A stretch of DNA of 64,000 bases from Candidatus Falkowbacteria bacterium (GTDB lineage: Bacteria > Patescibacteriota > Patescibacteriia > UBA11705 > JABHMO01), in contig JABHAL010000015.1 of the NCBI GenBank assembly GCA_018674305.1, positions 128,532-192,531 of the forward strand. Direction: 5' to 3'. The notes under the pieces were generated by a model. It was not told the origin of the DNA. It worked only from the letters and a program-made list of their open reading frames with translations, and did no database searches. How positions within the stretch are numbered: the first letter of the stretch is position 1; every line of letters starts with the position of its first letter. Positions 10,166 to 19,814 of the stretch are shown piece after piece. A program made the position numbers and the translations under genes.

Positions 10166-10204
10166 TATTTACTTTTAAATTTTTTAAAAATAAGTATTGT
10201 TATT

Positions 10205-10237
10205 GAAAATTGAGGGCAAGGTGCAAGCACCTTGCCC
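10205..10237 (-). terminator. Intrinsic terminator (GGGCAAGGTG-CAAG-CACCTTGCCC)
   Basis: 10-bp GC stem; lies between small ORF 10244..10489 and paralog 9017..10165. Confidence 0.5.
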
Positions 10238-10243
10238 TGTGAT

Positions 10244-10489
10244 TTATACTCTTCGCCCCTTCATTTTCTTTACCCACGGATGATCCGTGGCCAGGAAAAG
10301 GGTACAGACACCAATGACCGCAGCGGCCACAAAGGCACCAACGCTCCACTTTTCCTTTTCAGTGAAGGGAATGGGGTTTCCCTCCTCATCCTTGAAAGGC
10401 TGCCATGATCCCTTGATCAACAGCACCCCGCCAACAAGCAATGCAACGATCACTAAAACAAACAAAATACCAACAAAGTTCAACATCAC
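10244..10489 (-). CDS. Small 2-TM membrane protein (81 aa) with C-terminal DHPWVKK motif; paralog of 6038..6292
   Basis: Same architecture and C-terminal motif as 6038..6292. Confidence 0.5.
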   Translation of the reverse strand: MMLNFVGILFVLVIVALLVGGVLLIKGSWQPFKDEEGNPIPFTEKEKWSVGAFVAAAVIGVCTLFLATDHPWVKKMKGRRV

Positions 10490-10528
10490 ACCACCTCCAT
10501 TTGTTATGTGTGACTTACTAGTTGACCA

Positions 10529-10810
10529 TCAATCATCATCCTTTCCGAAAATCGCATCTCGACATCTTTTGTAAAGCGAATCAACGCCTCGCCTGGTAAG
10601 TTTACGCATTTCCTTGGCCGCAGTCTCCGCTTTTTGTTTTTTTATTTCTGCCTTTCTATCTGAAAAAGCAAAAAAGCTTCCCAGACCATTCATAAGCATT
10701 TCTTTGCCTAGATCAAAGGCAACTTCCACAGCCTCTTCTACAACTTCTTCCTGCTCACCGGACAACTTAATTTTGGCATCTTTTTCTTCTGTTTTATTTT
10801 TTTTCACCAC
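10529..10810 (-). CDS. Small charged hypothetical protein (93 aa)
   Basis: ORF overlaps the 3' end of the vWA gene by 17 nt (co-transcription likely). Confidence 0.4.
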   Translation of the reverse strand: MVKKNKTEEKDAKIKLSGEQEEVVEEAVEVAFDLGKEMLMNGLGSFFAFSDRKAEIKKQKAETAAKEMRKLTRRGVDSLYKRCRDAIFGKDDD

Positions 10811-11654
10811 CGCCTCCTAAAAGTAAAAGCTTACTTTCCGCGGAAGCCGATAACAGATTTCGTTTTTTCTGTGTTTTTACGTATTCTTCCAAGTCGCCAG
10901 TCTTGTGAGCGCAAACTCCGATCAAAATCTGAACCAAATCATCAAGATCAGAATCACACATTTCAAGGTATTGTCCCTTCGTCTCTTTTGCAATTTCCTT
11001 GTAAAAGCCTTGCGTTTTGTAGAGTTTCTTGTACGCTAAGGCCCCTTCTTCAAAACAGAACATGGAATAAACCGTTACTCCAAGCTCAACAAGCTTATCG
11101 ATCTCGTCCTTGTAATTGAATTCATTCCGACAGTTAGAAACTGGGTCAACAACGCCATGCGGAGGCATATCTCCAATCAACACTACCATCCTGATTGAAC
11201 CAGGGGTCCACTCAACATCATGTGCTAAATGATGAAGAACACATTCCAGGGCAGAAAGACCATCACCACCGCCACCAGGCCGAACTTTTTCTATTTCAGT
11301 CTGAATATCTTGCGGATCGCTCAAAAAATCGGTAGCCGAGAAAGCACGAACTCCATCAAAATGCCTTTCTTCATCGCCATGATTCTTGTAAGCAATGTAG
11401 CAGAAACGAGCCTTAGGATTTGTTTCACTCACTTCTTTCACGATCCGAGCAATTGCCTTTTTTCCTCGGTCAAAGTAACCCCACATACTAGCAGTAGTAT
11501 CAAAGGCAAAAGCAACCTCCAAAATTCCCTTTCCAGGCGTTTTACCAGTAGAACCAAATCGCTTTGATTCTCTGGTTTTGGCCAAGCCTCGTCTTTCGCC
11601 AAGTTTGGTTAAACCACCAGCTCCTGAAGTTGGACGTTTAATAATATTTGCCAT
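10794..11654 (-). CDS. von Willebrand factor A (vWA) domain protein
   Basis: MIDAS-like DTTASM (DxSxS-type) motif, GGGGDGLSALE, VVLIGDMPPHG typical of vWA fold. Confidence 0.65.
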   Translation of the reverse strand: MANIIKRPTSGAGGLTKLGERRGLAKTRESKRFGSTGKTPGKGILEVAFAFDTTASMWGYFDRGKKAIARIVKEVSETNPKARFCYIAYKNHGDEERHFDGVRAFSATDFLSDPQDIQTEIEKVRPGGGGDGLSALECVLHHLAHDVEWTPGSIRMVVLIGDMPPHGVVDPVSNCRNEFNYKDEIDKLVELGVTVYSMFCFEEGALAYKKLYKTQGFYKEIAKETKGQYLEMCDSDLDDLVQILIGVCAHKTGDLEEYVKTQKKRNLLSASAESKLLLLGGGGEKK

Positions 11655-11665
11655 TGTCTCCTCCT

Positions 11666-12628
11666 TTATAATGTTTTGTCGTAATCAGCACGTTGTTGAG
11701 CATCTTTCAATATTTGATAAGCTTCATTAACATTTTGAAATTTTTCATCGAAAGCTTTCTCGATCTGAGCTCTAACATCAGGATCACTGACTTTATTCAT
11801 CTCTGCAGTCTTCACGTCGGGATGATATTTTTTTGCCATTTTCCGATATGCTGATTTGATTTCATTGGAGGTCGCAGATGGCTGAATTCCCAAAATATCG
11901 TAATAATTCTTTCTTGGGCCTTTGGATGAAGTCCCACTGTTTGAACTACCACCAGAAGAACTCCCCGCCAAATAATCTCGCAAAGTAACTTCTTCTTCCA
12001 ACAACTTATCATAAAGCTCAAGCAAAGAAGTCATATCACCAAAATCAAAGCGTGATGCTTTGTAATCATTAAAGTCGGCTTCAATCTCAGACAAGGTCAC
12101 CAAATCATCGTCAGTTTCTGCTCTTTCTCCTGCCTGAATAAGTAACTCGAAGCAAGTTGCCAACAAATCATCGGTCTTTTTGTAAAGCTCAGCAAATTCA
12201 GGGAACTTTTTTCTCGTTTTCTGAATTTTGAGTCGTAAAGGAATAAAGTCAAAACCTTGCTCCCTTACCTGATCCAAGAAATCTTCAGCCGTTTCATCAA
12301 TAACAGCTTCCAACGGCAGAAGATGCTTGAAGGGTTCTTTGATTCTTTTTTTTCTTGCTCGAAATTGACCAAGCTCTTTCTTTAAAATTTTTGATTGCTC
12401 CTTCTTTGCAATTGCCGGGATAAGTTGTGGTAACAAAGAGAAAATGCCAAACAATATCGCTGACTGCCAGCCATCTCGACCATGTATAATTGGTCTCGCA
12501 CCACTTCCATTCTTCATCGCCCGAATGCCACTCTTGTCAAAAACAGTAGGATGGCTACGAACAATAATTCTGATCCCTATCCAAACTAGTAAAATAACGC
12601 CTAAAAATAGCAAAATTTTATATAACAT
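11666..12628 (-). CDS. Membrane-anchored J-domain (DnaJ-like) protein
   Basis: N-terminal TM helix; C-terminal DYYDILGI...YRKMAKKYHPDV...EAYQILKD with HPD tripeptide. Confidence 0.7.
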   Translation of the reverse strand: MLYKILLFLGVILLVWIGIRIIVRSHPTVFDKSGIRAMKNGSGARPIIHGRDGWQSAILFGIFSLLPQLIPAIAKKEQSKILKKELGQFRARKKRIKEPFKHLLPLEAVIDETAEDFLDQVREQGFDFIPLRLKIQKTRKKFPEFAELYKKTDDLLATCFELLIQAGERAETDDDLVTLSEIEADFNDYKASRFDFGDMTSLLELYDKLLEEEVTLRDYLAGSSSGGSSNSGTSSKGPRKNYYDILGIQPSATSNEIKSAYRKMAKKYHPDVKTAEMNKVSDPDVRAQIEKAFDEKFQNVNEAYQILKDAQQRADYDKTL

Positions 12629-12739
12629 TTAGGCCTCCACGAGCATATATTTTAAATGAACAATTGACAGTATATTCAATTTAACCATACTACTTCTGAC
12701 TAATTTGTCAACCCTCAAAACAAACCAAATTTTTTGATT

Positions 12740-12775
12740 CGTTAGAAAAGGGAGGACAGCATTTGAAACTGTCCT
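12740..12775 (-). terminator. Intrinsic terminator (GAGGACAG-loop-CTGTCCTC + CCTTTTCT on minus strand)
   Basis: 8-bp stem directly after stop of 12785..13027. Confidence 0.5.
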
Positions 12776-12784
12776 CGTAGTTTC

Positions 12785-13027
12785 TTACCGAAATCCCATA
12801 AAGAAACCATCATCAATACTGTTGCAATGCTTGCATTCACCGTTTCTACCTTCAGGATAGAGGAACGGGGTCATTTCACGCTTACACCGGTGACAAAACC
12901 TCTTTGAACTCTCTTTTTTCTCCTTAACACCCAAACACGTGCAAAGAGTTTTCAGATAGTGACAATTCTTACACAATAGTAAATATCCCATGTTTTCTCC
13001 TTTGTTAAAATTATCAATTATCTCCAT
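12785..13027 (-). CDS. Small Cys-rich zinc-ribbon protein (80 aa)
   Basis: CKNC...CTC...CHRC...CKHC pairs. Confidence 0.45.
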   Translation of the reverse strand: MEIIDNFNKGENMGYLLLCKNCHYLKTLCTCLGVKEKKESSKRFCHRCKREMTPFLYPEGRNGECKHCNSIDDGFFMGFR

Positions 13028-13230
13028 CTATTCAAATTATACGTCTAAATAACTATGAAATATACTGAAAAACTTACGAAAGAGAACAATGCGTAAATTT
13101 AGCAAAATCATCCAAACATATAATCAATAATACTCATTTCTATTGACATTAAATTAAATTTATGTTAAGGTTGTTGGTCTAATCAGCAATGATTAATTGA
13201 ATTTTGAAAACTATAACCCAAGGAGGAAAC

Positions 13231-14193
13231 ATGTTTTTTCAGGCTGAATTTTCTCAGTTGATCCCCTGGCCCAAGAAAACTGCCGGACAATGGTTCAGAA
13301 ATCTTTCTGGAAATAGTAAGCTGGGTTATCAGCTCTATTCCGCAATGCGTCACGTACTAGGAATCTTTCCTCTTTTGAGCGTGAACAAGGTTATTCTGTT
13401 TAGGGTTAATGGTGCAGATATACCATTTCCAAAAAACAGCGAAGGTGTTCAGTTGTCACAATTGTTCAACCTGATTGGCCAGGCAGAAGATCAAAATGAT
13501 AACCCTCTACAACTTCGAGTCATCCTCACGCAGTTCAATGCGCCTCTGAGCATCACATACAATGTGCATATTTGCATTGATGACGGTGCTTGCCGAATCA
13601 GTATTCATACGCACGGTCAGATGCAATTGCCAACGCTTGACGGCCATGAACAGTTTGTACAGAAAATCAAACTGTGCCTACCCGAATACGCGCACGCTGG
13701 GCTTCTCAGGTTTGGCGACTGCCAAGTCGCTCTGGTTTCCAACTTCAATCAGCTCTACGGAACAAGAATTGAGGCTGGATATCAGACCGTTGGGATTGTT
13801 CCCAATCTAAAGGTCAAGGCAAAGTCTTTTTACGAAAGGGACTTTTCCAATCAAGCGAACTTCGAGTGTTACGCACCACCGGTTTACCAAACACTTGGGA
13901 CATCACCACCATATATTCTGGACGGCATTGACCCGTTCGAGTATTTGTTCTGGTTCCTATCGCTTGATCATCTAATTCTAGGAATTGATCCAAACGATCT
14001 ACTGTACCACGACCCAGCTGGTAATGCTGTTACTATGGAAGATGCACAAACAGCGTTGGATGAATTCAACCAGCAGTCCCCTACGGAATTCATGCGCACA
14101 CGTATCGAAGCTGGTGAACACGCCAGACTGAATCCAGTCGTTGGCAAGCCACCACATCTCAAGCTGGTGTCTAGCAACGGCGAAGAGACGTAG
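13231..14193 (+). CDS. Hypothetical protein (~320 aa)
   Basis: ORF 13204..14193. Start refined to ATG 13231, preceded by AGGAGG at correct spacing. Confidence 0.5.
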   Translation: MFFQAEFSQLIPWPKKTAGQWFRNLSGNSKLGYQLYSAMRHVLGIFPLLSVNKVILFRVNGADIPFPKNSEGVQLSQLFNLIGQAEDQNDNPLQLRVILTQFNAPLSITYNVHICIDDGACRISIHTHGQMQLPTLDGHEQFVQKIKLCLPEYAHAGLLRFGDCQVALVSNFNQLYGTRIEAGYQTVGIVPNLKVKAKSFYERDFSNQANFECYAPPVYQTLGTSPPYILDGIDPFEYLFWFLSLDHLILGIDPNDLLYHDPAGNAVTMEDAQTALDEFNQQSPTEFMRTRIEAGEHARLNPVVGKPPHLKLVSSNGEET

Positions 14194-14235
14194 ACAAACA
14201 CAAATCCCACTATTCACGAATAGTGGGATTTTTTA

Positions 14236-14829
14236 TTACACAGAAAACTTCTTGCGAAAAGATTTTTCCAAAGCGGATTCATCATCCCGTTCCATTAACG
14301 CTGTAAAAATATGAATGGCAGCTTTATCGCTTGGATCCACAATATTTGGATAAAATGAAAAAACGTTCTCACAAGTTATCGCATTTGCTTCAATTATGCC
14401 TAGAATCACTTCTTTTCCAAATTCCCGTACCTCAGAAGGTCCCATCCTAATTAATGATGCAGCCTGATCAATATCAAGCATACTTGAGTATACACTTCTT
14501 AAAATCTGCAGAGCCCAACCTATATTATCAGATGTTTTGAACGCATCTAAATAACTAATAAGAACTTCTGCTGATAGTTCAACACCAAACTTATCTGCAA
14601 GAATTTCTCTTATAATTGCTCTGTCTTCAAGCCCTTCAGATTCATCCTTTTCATAGGCTGGTTCAAAAGATAATAGCAATTCCATTAAATGCTTAAAATT
14701 GTACTTTCTTTTATCAATTGACAAAGCCAACTCGGTGGCTCGATCAGAATCTGCTCGGTTCATCTGAACAAGAACTCCAACAAAATCGTTTCCCATGACA
14801 TCCTCCTCGTTTGGATTCGCGATTTTCAC
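14236..14829 (-). CDS. Hypothetical protein (197 aa)
   Basis: ORF only. Confidence 0.4.
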   Translation of the reverse strand: MKIANPNEEDVMGNDFVGVLVQMNRADSDRATELALSIDKRKYNFKHLMELLLSFEPAYEKDESEGLEDRAIIREILADKFGVELSAEVLISYLDAFKTSDNIGWALQILRSVYSSMLDIDQAASLIRMGPSEVREFGKEVILGIIEANAITCENVFSFYPNIVDPSDKAAIHIFTALMERDDESALEKSFRKKFSV

Positions 14830-14905
14830 GAATATTTAAACTTAACAAAAGAAAACCCCAGTGTCAATAGGAGTTTTCTTTAATCTTAAAACTTTACTCT
14901 TCTAA

Positions 14906-15862
14906 CTACTTATCCCAACAAAAATTATTCCCGAAATGGCCAAACTCAGCAGTTTGTTCAAATTGAGGCTTTTTCAACTCTAATAAAGTAATAATCCCTT
15001 TAGGAGTTAAATCATAACCTTGTACATTCTCTTTGCGACCATCAATTTCCACAGTCGCCATTACCGGTTCAGCTACTCCAATTGAATAAGCTAAATGGCA
15101 AATAACTTCTTTGGCATTATTTTTTTGTAAATAATCAACAGCAATTTTTCTGGCCATGTAAGCAGCGGAACGATCGACTTTGGACGGATCCTTGCCTGAA
15201 AATGCACCACCTCCGATAGGAATTCGTGGACCATAGTTATCCACAATCAATTTCCGACCAGTTACACCAGCATCTGCCTCAAATCCTCCTTGTGACCAAT
15301 CACCAGCTGGATTAACATAAATTTTAAGGTTTTCACTTACATTTTTGTCTTTTAACCATTCTTCAACCAGCCCCTTCATTTCTTCTGCTCGAGCATGCTG
15401 AAAGCTGGCCACGACAGTTGAAATTAAATTGTTTTCTAATGTAATTTGAGTTTTGCCATCAGTTTTGTATTTAGAAAATAATACTCGACACAAATCACGT
15501 GAAAGCTTTACCTCCAAAGGAATTAATTCCGGAGTTTCACTGCAAGCATATCCAACCATGATTCCCTGGTCACCAGCACCACCCGGATCAACTCCTCGGG
15601 CAATATCTGGAGATTGCTGAACTAAATTGACACTAACTTGATATTGATCTCCAGCAATTCGTTTAGCAATTTTTTCCGCATCAAAAACCGCACCGGAAGT
15701 AATCTCTCCGGTAATTGTAATAACTCCATGCCCCCCCATTGTCTCTACTGCAACCCGTGAATGTGGGTCTTGCGATAAACAAATATCTAAAATAGCATCG
15801 GAAACACGATCACAAATTTTGTCTGGGTGCATTGGTGAAACTGACTCTGCTGTACGTAACAT
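14906..15862 (-). CDS. metK: S-adenosylmethionine synthetase (compact form, 318 aa)
   Basis: HPDKICDRVSDAILD, GGGAFSGKDPSKVDRSAAY hallmark motifs. Confidence 0.9.
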   Translation of the reverse strand: MLRTAESVSPMHPDKICDRVSDAILDICLSQDPHSRVAVETMGGHGVITITGEITSGAVFDAEKIAKRIAGDQYQVSVNLVQQSPDIARGVDPGGAGDQGIMVGYACSETPELIPLEVKLSRDLCRVLFSKYKTDGKTQITLENNLISTVVASFQHARAEEMKGLVEEWLKDKNVSENLKIYVNPAGDWSQGGFEADAGVTGRKLIVDNYGPRIPIGGGAFSGKDPSKVDRSAAYMARKIAVDYLQKNNAKEVICHLAYSIGVAEPVMATVEIDGRKENVQGYDLTPKGIITLLELKKPQFEQTAEFGHFGNNFCWDK

Positions 15863-16118
15863 AAATTCTTTGGCCGCGATGTAACCAGAAATAGTTTTTG
15901 GTTTTGTTGCAGCTTAATACTTAAATAAAAAATACTCTTTCATCACGAAAAAGTATAATAATTGAATAATTATTTATCTTTCCCGTGCTGGGCTAGAATT
16001 GACACCTTCTTGAATTACCTTCAAGGGTTGTCGACAGGTCATCGGGCTATATCCCTCACTGTACTCTTGATAAATGGTTAAATTGTATATATATAATATT
16101 ACACTAAAATTAATTTTA

Positions 16119-16877
16119 TTACAAATTTTTTAAATGATGCATAATAATCGCTGCGGCACTGGCAACATTAAGCGATTCCATATTTGAGCTGATTTTTATT
16201 TTAATAAATTCGTCTGTGCGACTCTTTATTTCATCATCAATGCCACGTGATTCATTTCCCAAGACTAAGCAGTAATTATTTTTCACCTTTATTTCTTCAA
16301 GATTATGAGCTTTTTGATTCAATAAAGACGCTAATACTTTGAGCTTTTTCATTTTGAGTAAATCAAGGAGTTTTGATCCTTCATCTTGCTCGATATTTAA
16401 TTTAAATATAGCACCTTTGCTAGCCTGAATGGTTTTACTATTGTAAATATCAGCGCAAAGTTCATCCACAATAATATTCTTGTAACCAAAGGCAACAGCA
16501 CTACGAAGGATTGCTCCCAGGTTACCAGGATCATTAATTGCATTTAAATAAATCACCGGGTCTTTAAGATTAGTTTTAGTTTCAACTTTAGCAAAAACTG
16601 CGCAAATGCCCTGTGGGGTTTCAAGTTCTGAAAAACTTTTGTAAACCTTTTTGTCAACTAAATAATAGTCCAACTTGAGCTCAGTAAATTCTTTATTGTA
16701 TTTATCTAAAAAGTCTTGGGTGACTATAACTTGCTCCGGTTTTATTTTTCCTGCAATAGCTTCACTAATTATTTTTAAGTTTTCTACCTTGAACAACGCC
16801 AACTGTTCTCTATATTTCTTGAGCTTAAGTTTACGTAATAGTTTAATTTTTTCATTGTCCTTGCTGGTAATAGCCAT
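16119..16877 (-). CDS. SpoU/TrmH-family RNA 2'-O-methyltransferase
   Basis: NDPGNLGAILRSAVAFG, GNESRGI, ESLNVASAAAI SPOUT motifs. Confidence 0.8.
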   Translation of the reverse strand: MAITSKDNEKIKLLRKLKLKKYREQLALFKVENLKIISEAIAGKIKPEQVIVTQDFLDKYNKEFTELKLDYYLVDKKVYKSFSELETPQGICAVFAKVETKTNLKDPVIYLNAINDPGNLGAILRSAVAFGYKNIIVDELCADIYNSKTIQASKGAIFKLNIEQDEGSKLLDLLKMKKLKVLASLLNQKAHNLEEIKVKNNYCLVLGNESRGIDDEIKSRTDEFIKIKISSNMESLNVASAAAIIMHHLKNL

Positions 16878-16912
16878 ATAAATAGTGTTATAATATAATA
16901 AATATAAACATT

Positions 16913-17500
16913 ATGAAAAGTAAAAAATTAATTCCAGTATTATTAATAATTCTAGCAATTCCCTTTGTCACTTTTGCTTTTTCCTGGAAAAGCATGCTTT
17001 TCTGGCAAAAGCCAGTTATCGTCGAACCAATTGCAGAATTAAATCCAGTAGAAATATTAAATGCCAATGAAAAATATTCAAACTGGGAAAAAGCGTTCAA
17101 TAAAACCAATCTTAATCTAGTTACCACTAATCCACAAAACCTAACTCTCTCCGAGTCTGAACTAAATTACATGGTCAAGAAAAGTTTAGCTACTTTAAAA
17201 AATCCACCGATTCAGGATCTAAAAATAGACTTATTGGAGGGTGAAGTAGAAATATCTGGATATTTACTGTCTCCATTTAGAGGGAGCATAAGTGCTATTG
17301 TTAAGCCCGTCTATAGCTTGGGTAAATTATCACCAGAAGTCACTAAAGTTCGTTTCAAAAAATTGTACTTTCCAAAAAGATTGGCCAACCGTTTATTATC
17401 AAAACAGCTCGAACCTTCATTAAACTTGCTGTACTCAGATTCTAGTTTGAAGGATTTACAGATTATTATTAGAAATGATCGAATACAAATAAAATTATAA
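16913..17500 (+). CDS. Secreted/membrane-anchored hypothetical protein (195 aa)
   Basis: N-terminal signal/TM segment. Confidence 0.45.
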   Translation: MKSKKLIPVLLIILAIPFVTFAFSWKSMLFWQKPVIVEPIAELNPVEILNANEKYSNWEKAFNKTNLNLVTTNPQNLTLSESELNYMVKKSLATLKNPPIQDLKIDLLEGEVEISGYLLSPFRGSISAIVKPVYSLGKLSPEVTKVRFKKLYFPKRLANRLLSKQLEPSLNLLYSDSSLKDLQIIIRNDRIQIKL

Positions 17501-17534
17501 GCAATATATTTCAAAAAGGCTTTAGGGCCTTTTT

Positions 17535-17975
17535 TTATTTAAGCTTTTCATTCAAAGTTTCAACATCGCCAACCACCCAACGGTTTATTTCATTTTGATC
17601 TTTGTCTATTTGAATAAATGTTGAAGTATGTTCAACTGAGTATTTTTGTTTTAGATTTTCTTCCTTTGCATAATCCACTTTTAAGACCACAGCCTTGTCT
17701 GGGATGTCTGATTGTTGTAAATCAAACTTGGTATCAGCAGTCACTGAATACGGATCCCAAGGAGCATAAAAAAACAAAACTACTTTTTTGCCTAAATCTA
17801 CCTCTCTCCCTAAAACTGTTGGAGAATAATCCAGATACTTAACTGTTTTATCTGTAATAACTAATTCTTTGGTTTCACCAGAGTTGGTTTTGAGTTTAAC
17901 GGTTTTTTGACCACAACCGGTTATAGAAAACAACATGATCAAAATTAATATTGTAAGTAAGAAATTTTTTTTCAT
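17535..17975 (-). CDS. Lipoprotein with thioredoxin-like fold lacking the CxxC motif
   Basis: Lipobox ITGC; VVLFFYAPWDPYS resembles the thioredoxin WCxxC region with both Cys replaced. Confidence 0.45.
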   Translation of the reverse strand: MKKNFLLTILILIMLFSITGCGQKTVKLKTNSGETKELVITDKTVKYLDYSPTVLGREVDLGKKVVLFFYAPWDPYSVTADTKFDLQQSDIPDKAVVLKVDYAKEENLKQKYSVEHTSTFIQIDKDQNEINRWVVGDVETLNEKLK

Positions 17976-17978
17976 AGA

Positions 17979-18872
17979 TTAAGCCATCTTTCTCAGTTTT
18001 TTTATTCTTTCTTCAATTGGTGGATGGGTTGAAAATAGTTTTTTAACTTTTGTTCCGGAAAAAGGATTTGCAATGTAGAGATGTGCAGTTGCTTTCGAAG
18101 CTCGAGCTAAAGGCTTATTTTCATAAGCAATCTTTTCTAACGCGCTAGCTAACCCTTCTGGATACCTAGTCAAAAGTGAGGCTGAAGCGTCAGCTAAATA
18201 TTCTCTTTTCCGAGAAATAGCAAACTTTATAAGCTGGGCAATTATTGGAGAAAGGACTATAAAAACTAAGCCAATGATTATTAAAGCCGGATGACCACCC
18301 TTATTGCTACGTGAACGACCACGACCACCCCAAATACTTATCCGCATAAACCAATCTGCCAAGATTGCGATTGCACCAACCAAAACCGTTACTAACATCA
18401 TAAAACGAATATCATAATTACCAACGTGAGATAACTCATGAGCAATTACCCCTTCTAACTCTTCATTTTCCAACTTTTCAATTGCTCCCTTGGTAACTGC
18501 GATTGAAGCTAATTCTGGTTTTCGTCCCGTAGCAAAAGCATTAATTGACGGATCATCGATCAAATAAACTTTTGGTGCTGGCAGGCCAGCTGTAATACAA
18601 AGATTTTCTACCATTCGATAAACATATGGATTGTCCGTTTTTTGAATTTCTTTTGCGCCAGAAGCTGACAAGGCTATCTTGTCTCCTTTGAAATATGAAA
18701 CACTGGTCATTAATAATGAAAACCCAACAGCTATAATCATTCCAAGGTACGGAACTTGGCCTTGGCCACCATATATATAATCATAAGCATAGCCAACACC
18801 AAGCAGAACTGCGAAAAAAATCACAATCAAGAACATTGAATTTCTTTTGTTGGAGTCTATCTGGTTGTACAT
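17979..18872 (-). CDS. htpX: M48 zinc metalloprotease HtpX
   Basis: HELSHVGNYD motif, 4 TM segments, adjacent LemA gene. Confidence 0.85.
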   Translation of the reverse strand: MYNQIDSNKRNSMFLIVIFFAVLLGVGYAYDYIYGGQGQVPYLGMIIAVGFSLLMTSVSYFKGDKIALSASGAKEIQKTDNPYVYRMVENLCITAGLPAPKVYLIDDPSINAFATGRKPELASIAVTKGAIEKLENEELEGVIAHELSHVGNYDIRFMMLVTVLVGAIAILADWFMRISIWGGRGRSRSNKGGHPALIIIGLVFIVLSPIIAQLIKFAISRKREYLADASASLLTRYPEGLASALEKIAYENKPLARASKATAHLYIANPFSGTKVKKLFSTHPPIEERIKKLRKMA

Positions 18873-18877
18873 ATATT

Positions 18878-19804
18878 TTATTTTTTAACAACAATAACAT
18901 TTCCCTTAATTGTATCAGGAACCTTACGCAATTCCGCTTTGAATCCCTTGTCCTGCAAATATTTTATCCTGGCTGAATCCAGCTTTTCCATTGCCTCTTG
19001 TCCTTTTTTTCGTTTTTCCAAGTCATTACTATTAGTTAAATCTGACTGACGACAAAGTTGTTTCCACTCTTCTTTGTCAATACCATATGGATTGGCATGA
19101 TTCTTGGCCATTCCCTGACAACAGGTCATTAAATACAATTCCGGACTGCCTTCAGATTTCGACCAACTATCAATAATATGATCAGCTAAATCACCACAAG
19201 GATGTTTGGCTACCCAGGTGCCATCAGGAATTTTATCTTTTCTAATATCAAATTGAACAGGTTCAACACTTTGATCCAAAATTTTATTTAACTCTTCTAC
19301 ATAACGAAGCTGATGTGGATTAATGTCCAAAACCTTAGCTGGTTTACCGGTCTTTTCAGATAAAACACGAGCCATATCACCAGCGCCACCAGCAATGTCA
19401 ATAATCTCATCACCAGAAATAGTATCAATTATTTTCGAAAAACCAATCATTTCTCGTTTTTTTCTTTTATAAAATTCTTCTGTTTTTTGGGGGAGAGAAG
19501 TATCACTATACACCTCTTGCTTAAGTTCAGGTACCATAAAATCTAAAAGAATACAGTTTTCACTGGGTGTTACGTTGTGAACATTAAATTTCCCAGACTT
19601 AAGCATCTGCTGAATTTCTTGAGCTCTTTCTGGTGAAAAATCAACAAAAAGCTCCTTCTGCCGTTCCCTATTCAATTCCCCTAAACTTTCCCAAAGTTTA
19701 TTGAGATAAGTATTAAAAACTCTCGCCCTATTTTTCTGGGAATATAATTCGTCTGCAACATGTTCAGCTACGGAGACTGGTAAATTTTGGTTTTCGAATT
19801 TCAT
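18878..19804 (-). CDS. Class I SAM-dependent methyltransferase, substrate unknown
   Basis: IDIAGGAGDMARVL motif I; VLDINP motif II. Confidence 0.55.
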   Translation of the reverse strand: MKFENQNLPVSVAEHVADELYSQKNRARVFNTYLNKLWESLGELNRERQKELFVDFSPERAQEIQQMLKSGKFNVHNVTPSENCILLDFMVPELKQEVYSDTSLPQKTEEFYKRKKREMIGFSKIIDTISGDEIIDIAGGAGDMARVLSEKTGKPAKVLDINPHQLRYVEELNKILDQSVEPVQFDIRKDKIPDGTWVAKHPCGDLADHIIDSWSKSEGSPELYLMTCCQGMAKNHANPYGIDKEEWKQLCRQSDLTNSNDLEKRKKGQEAMEKLDSARIKYLQDKGFKAELRKVPDTIKGNVIVVKK

Positions 19805-19814
19805 ACTTAAACTA

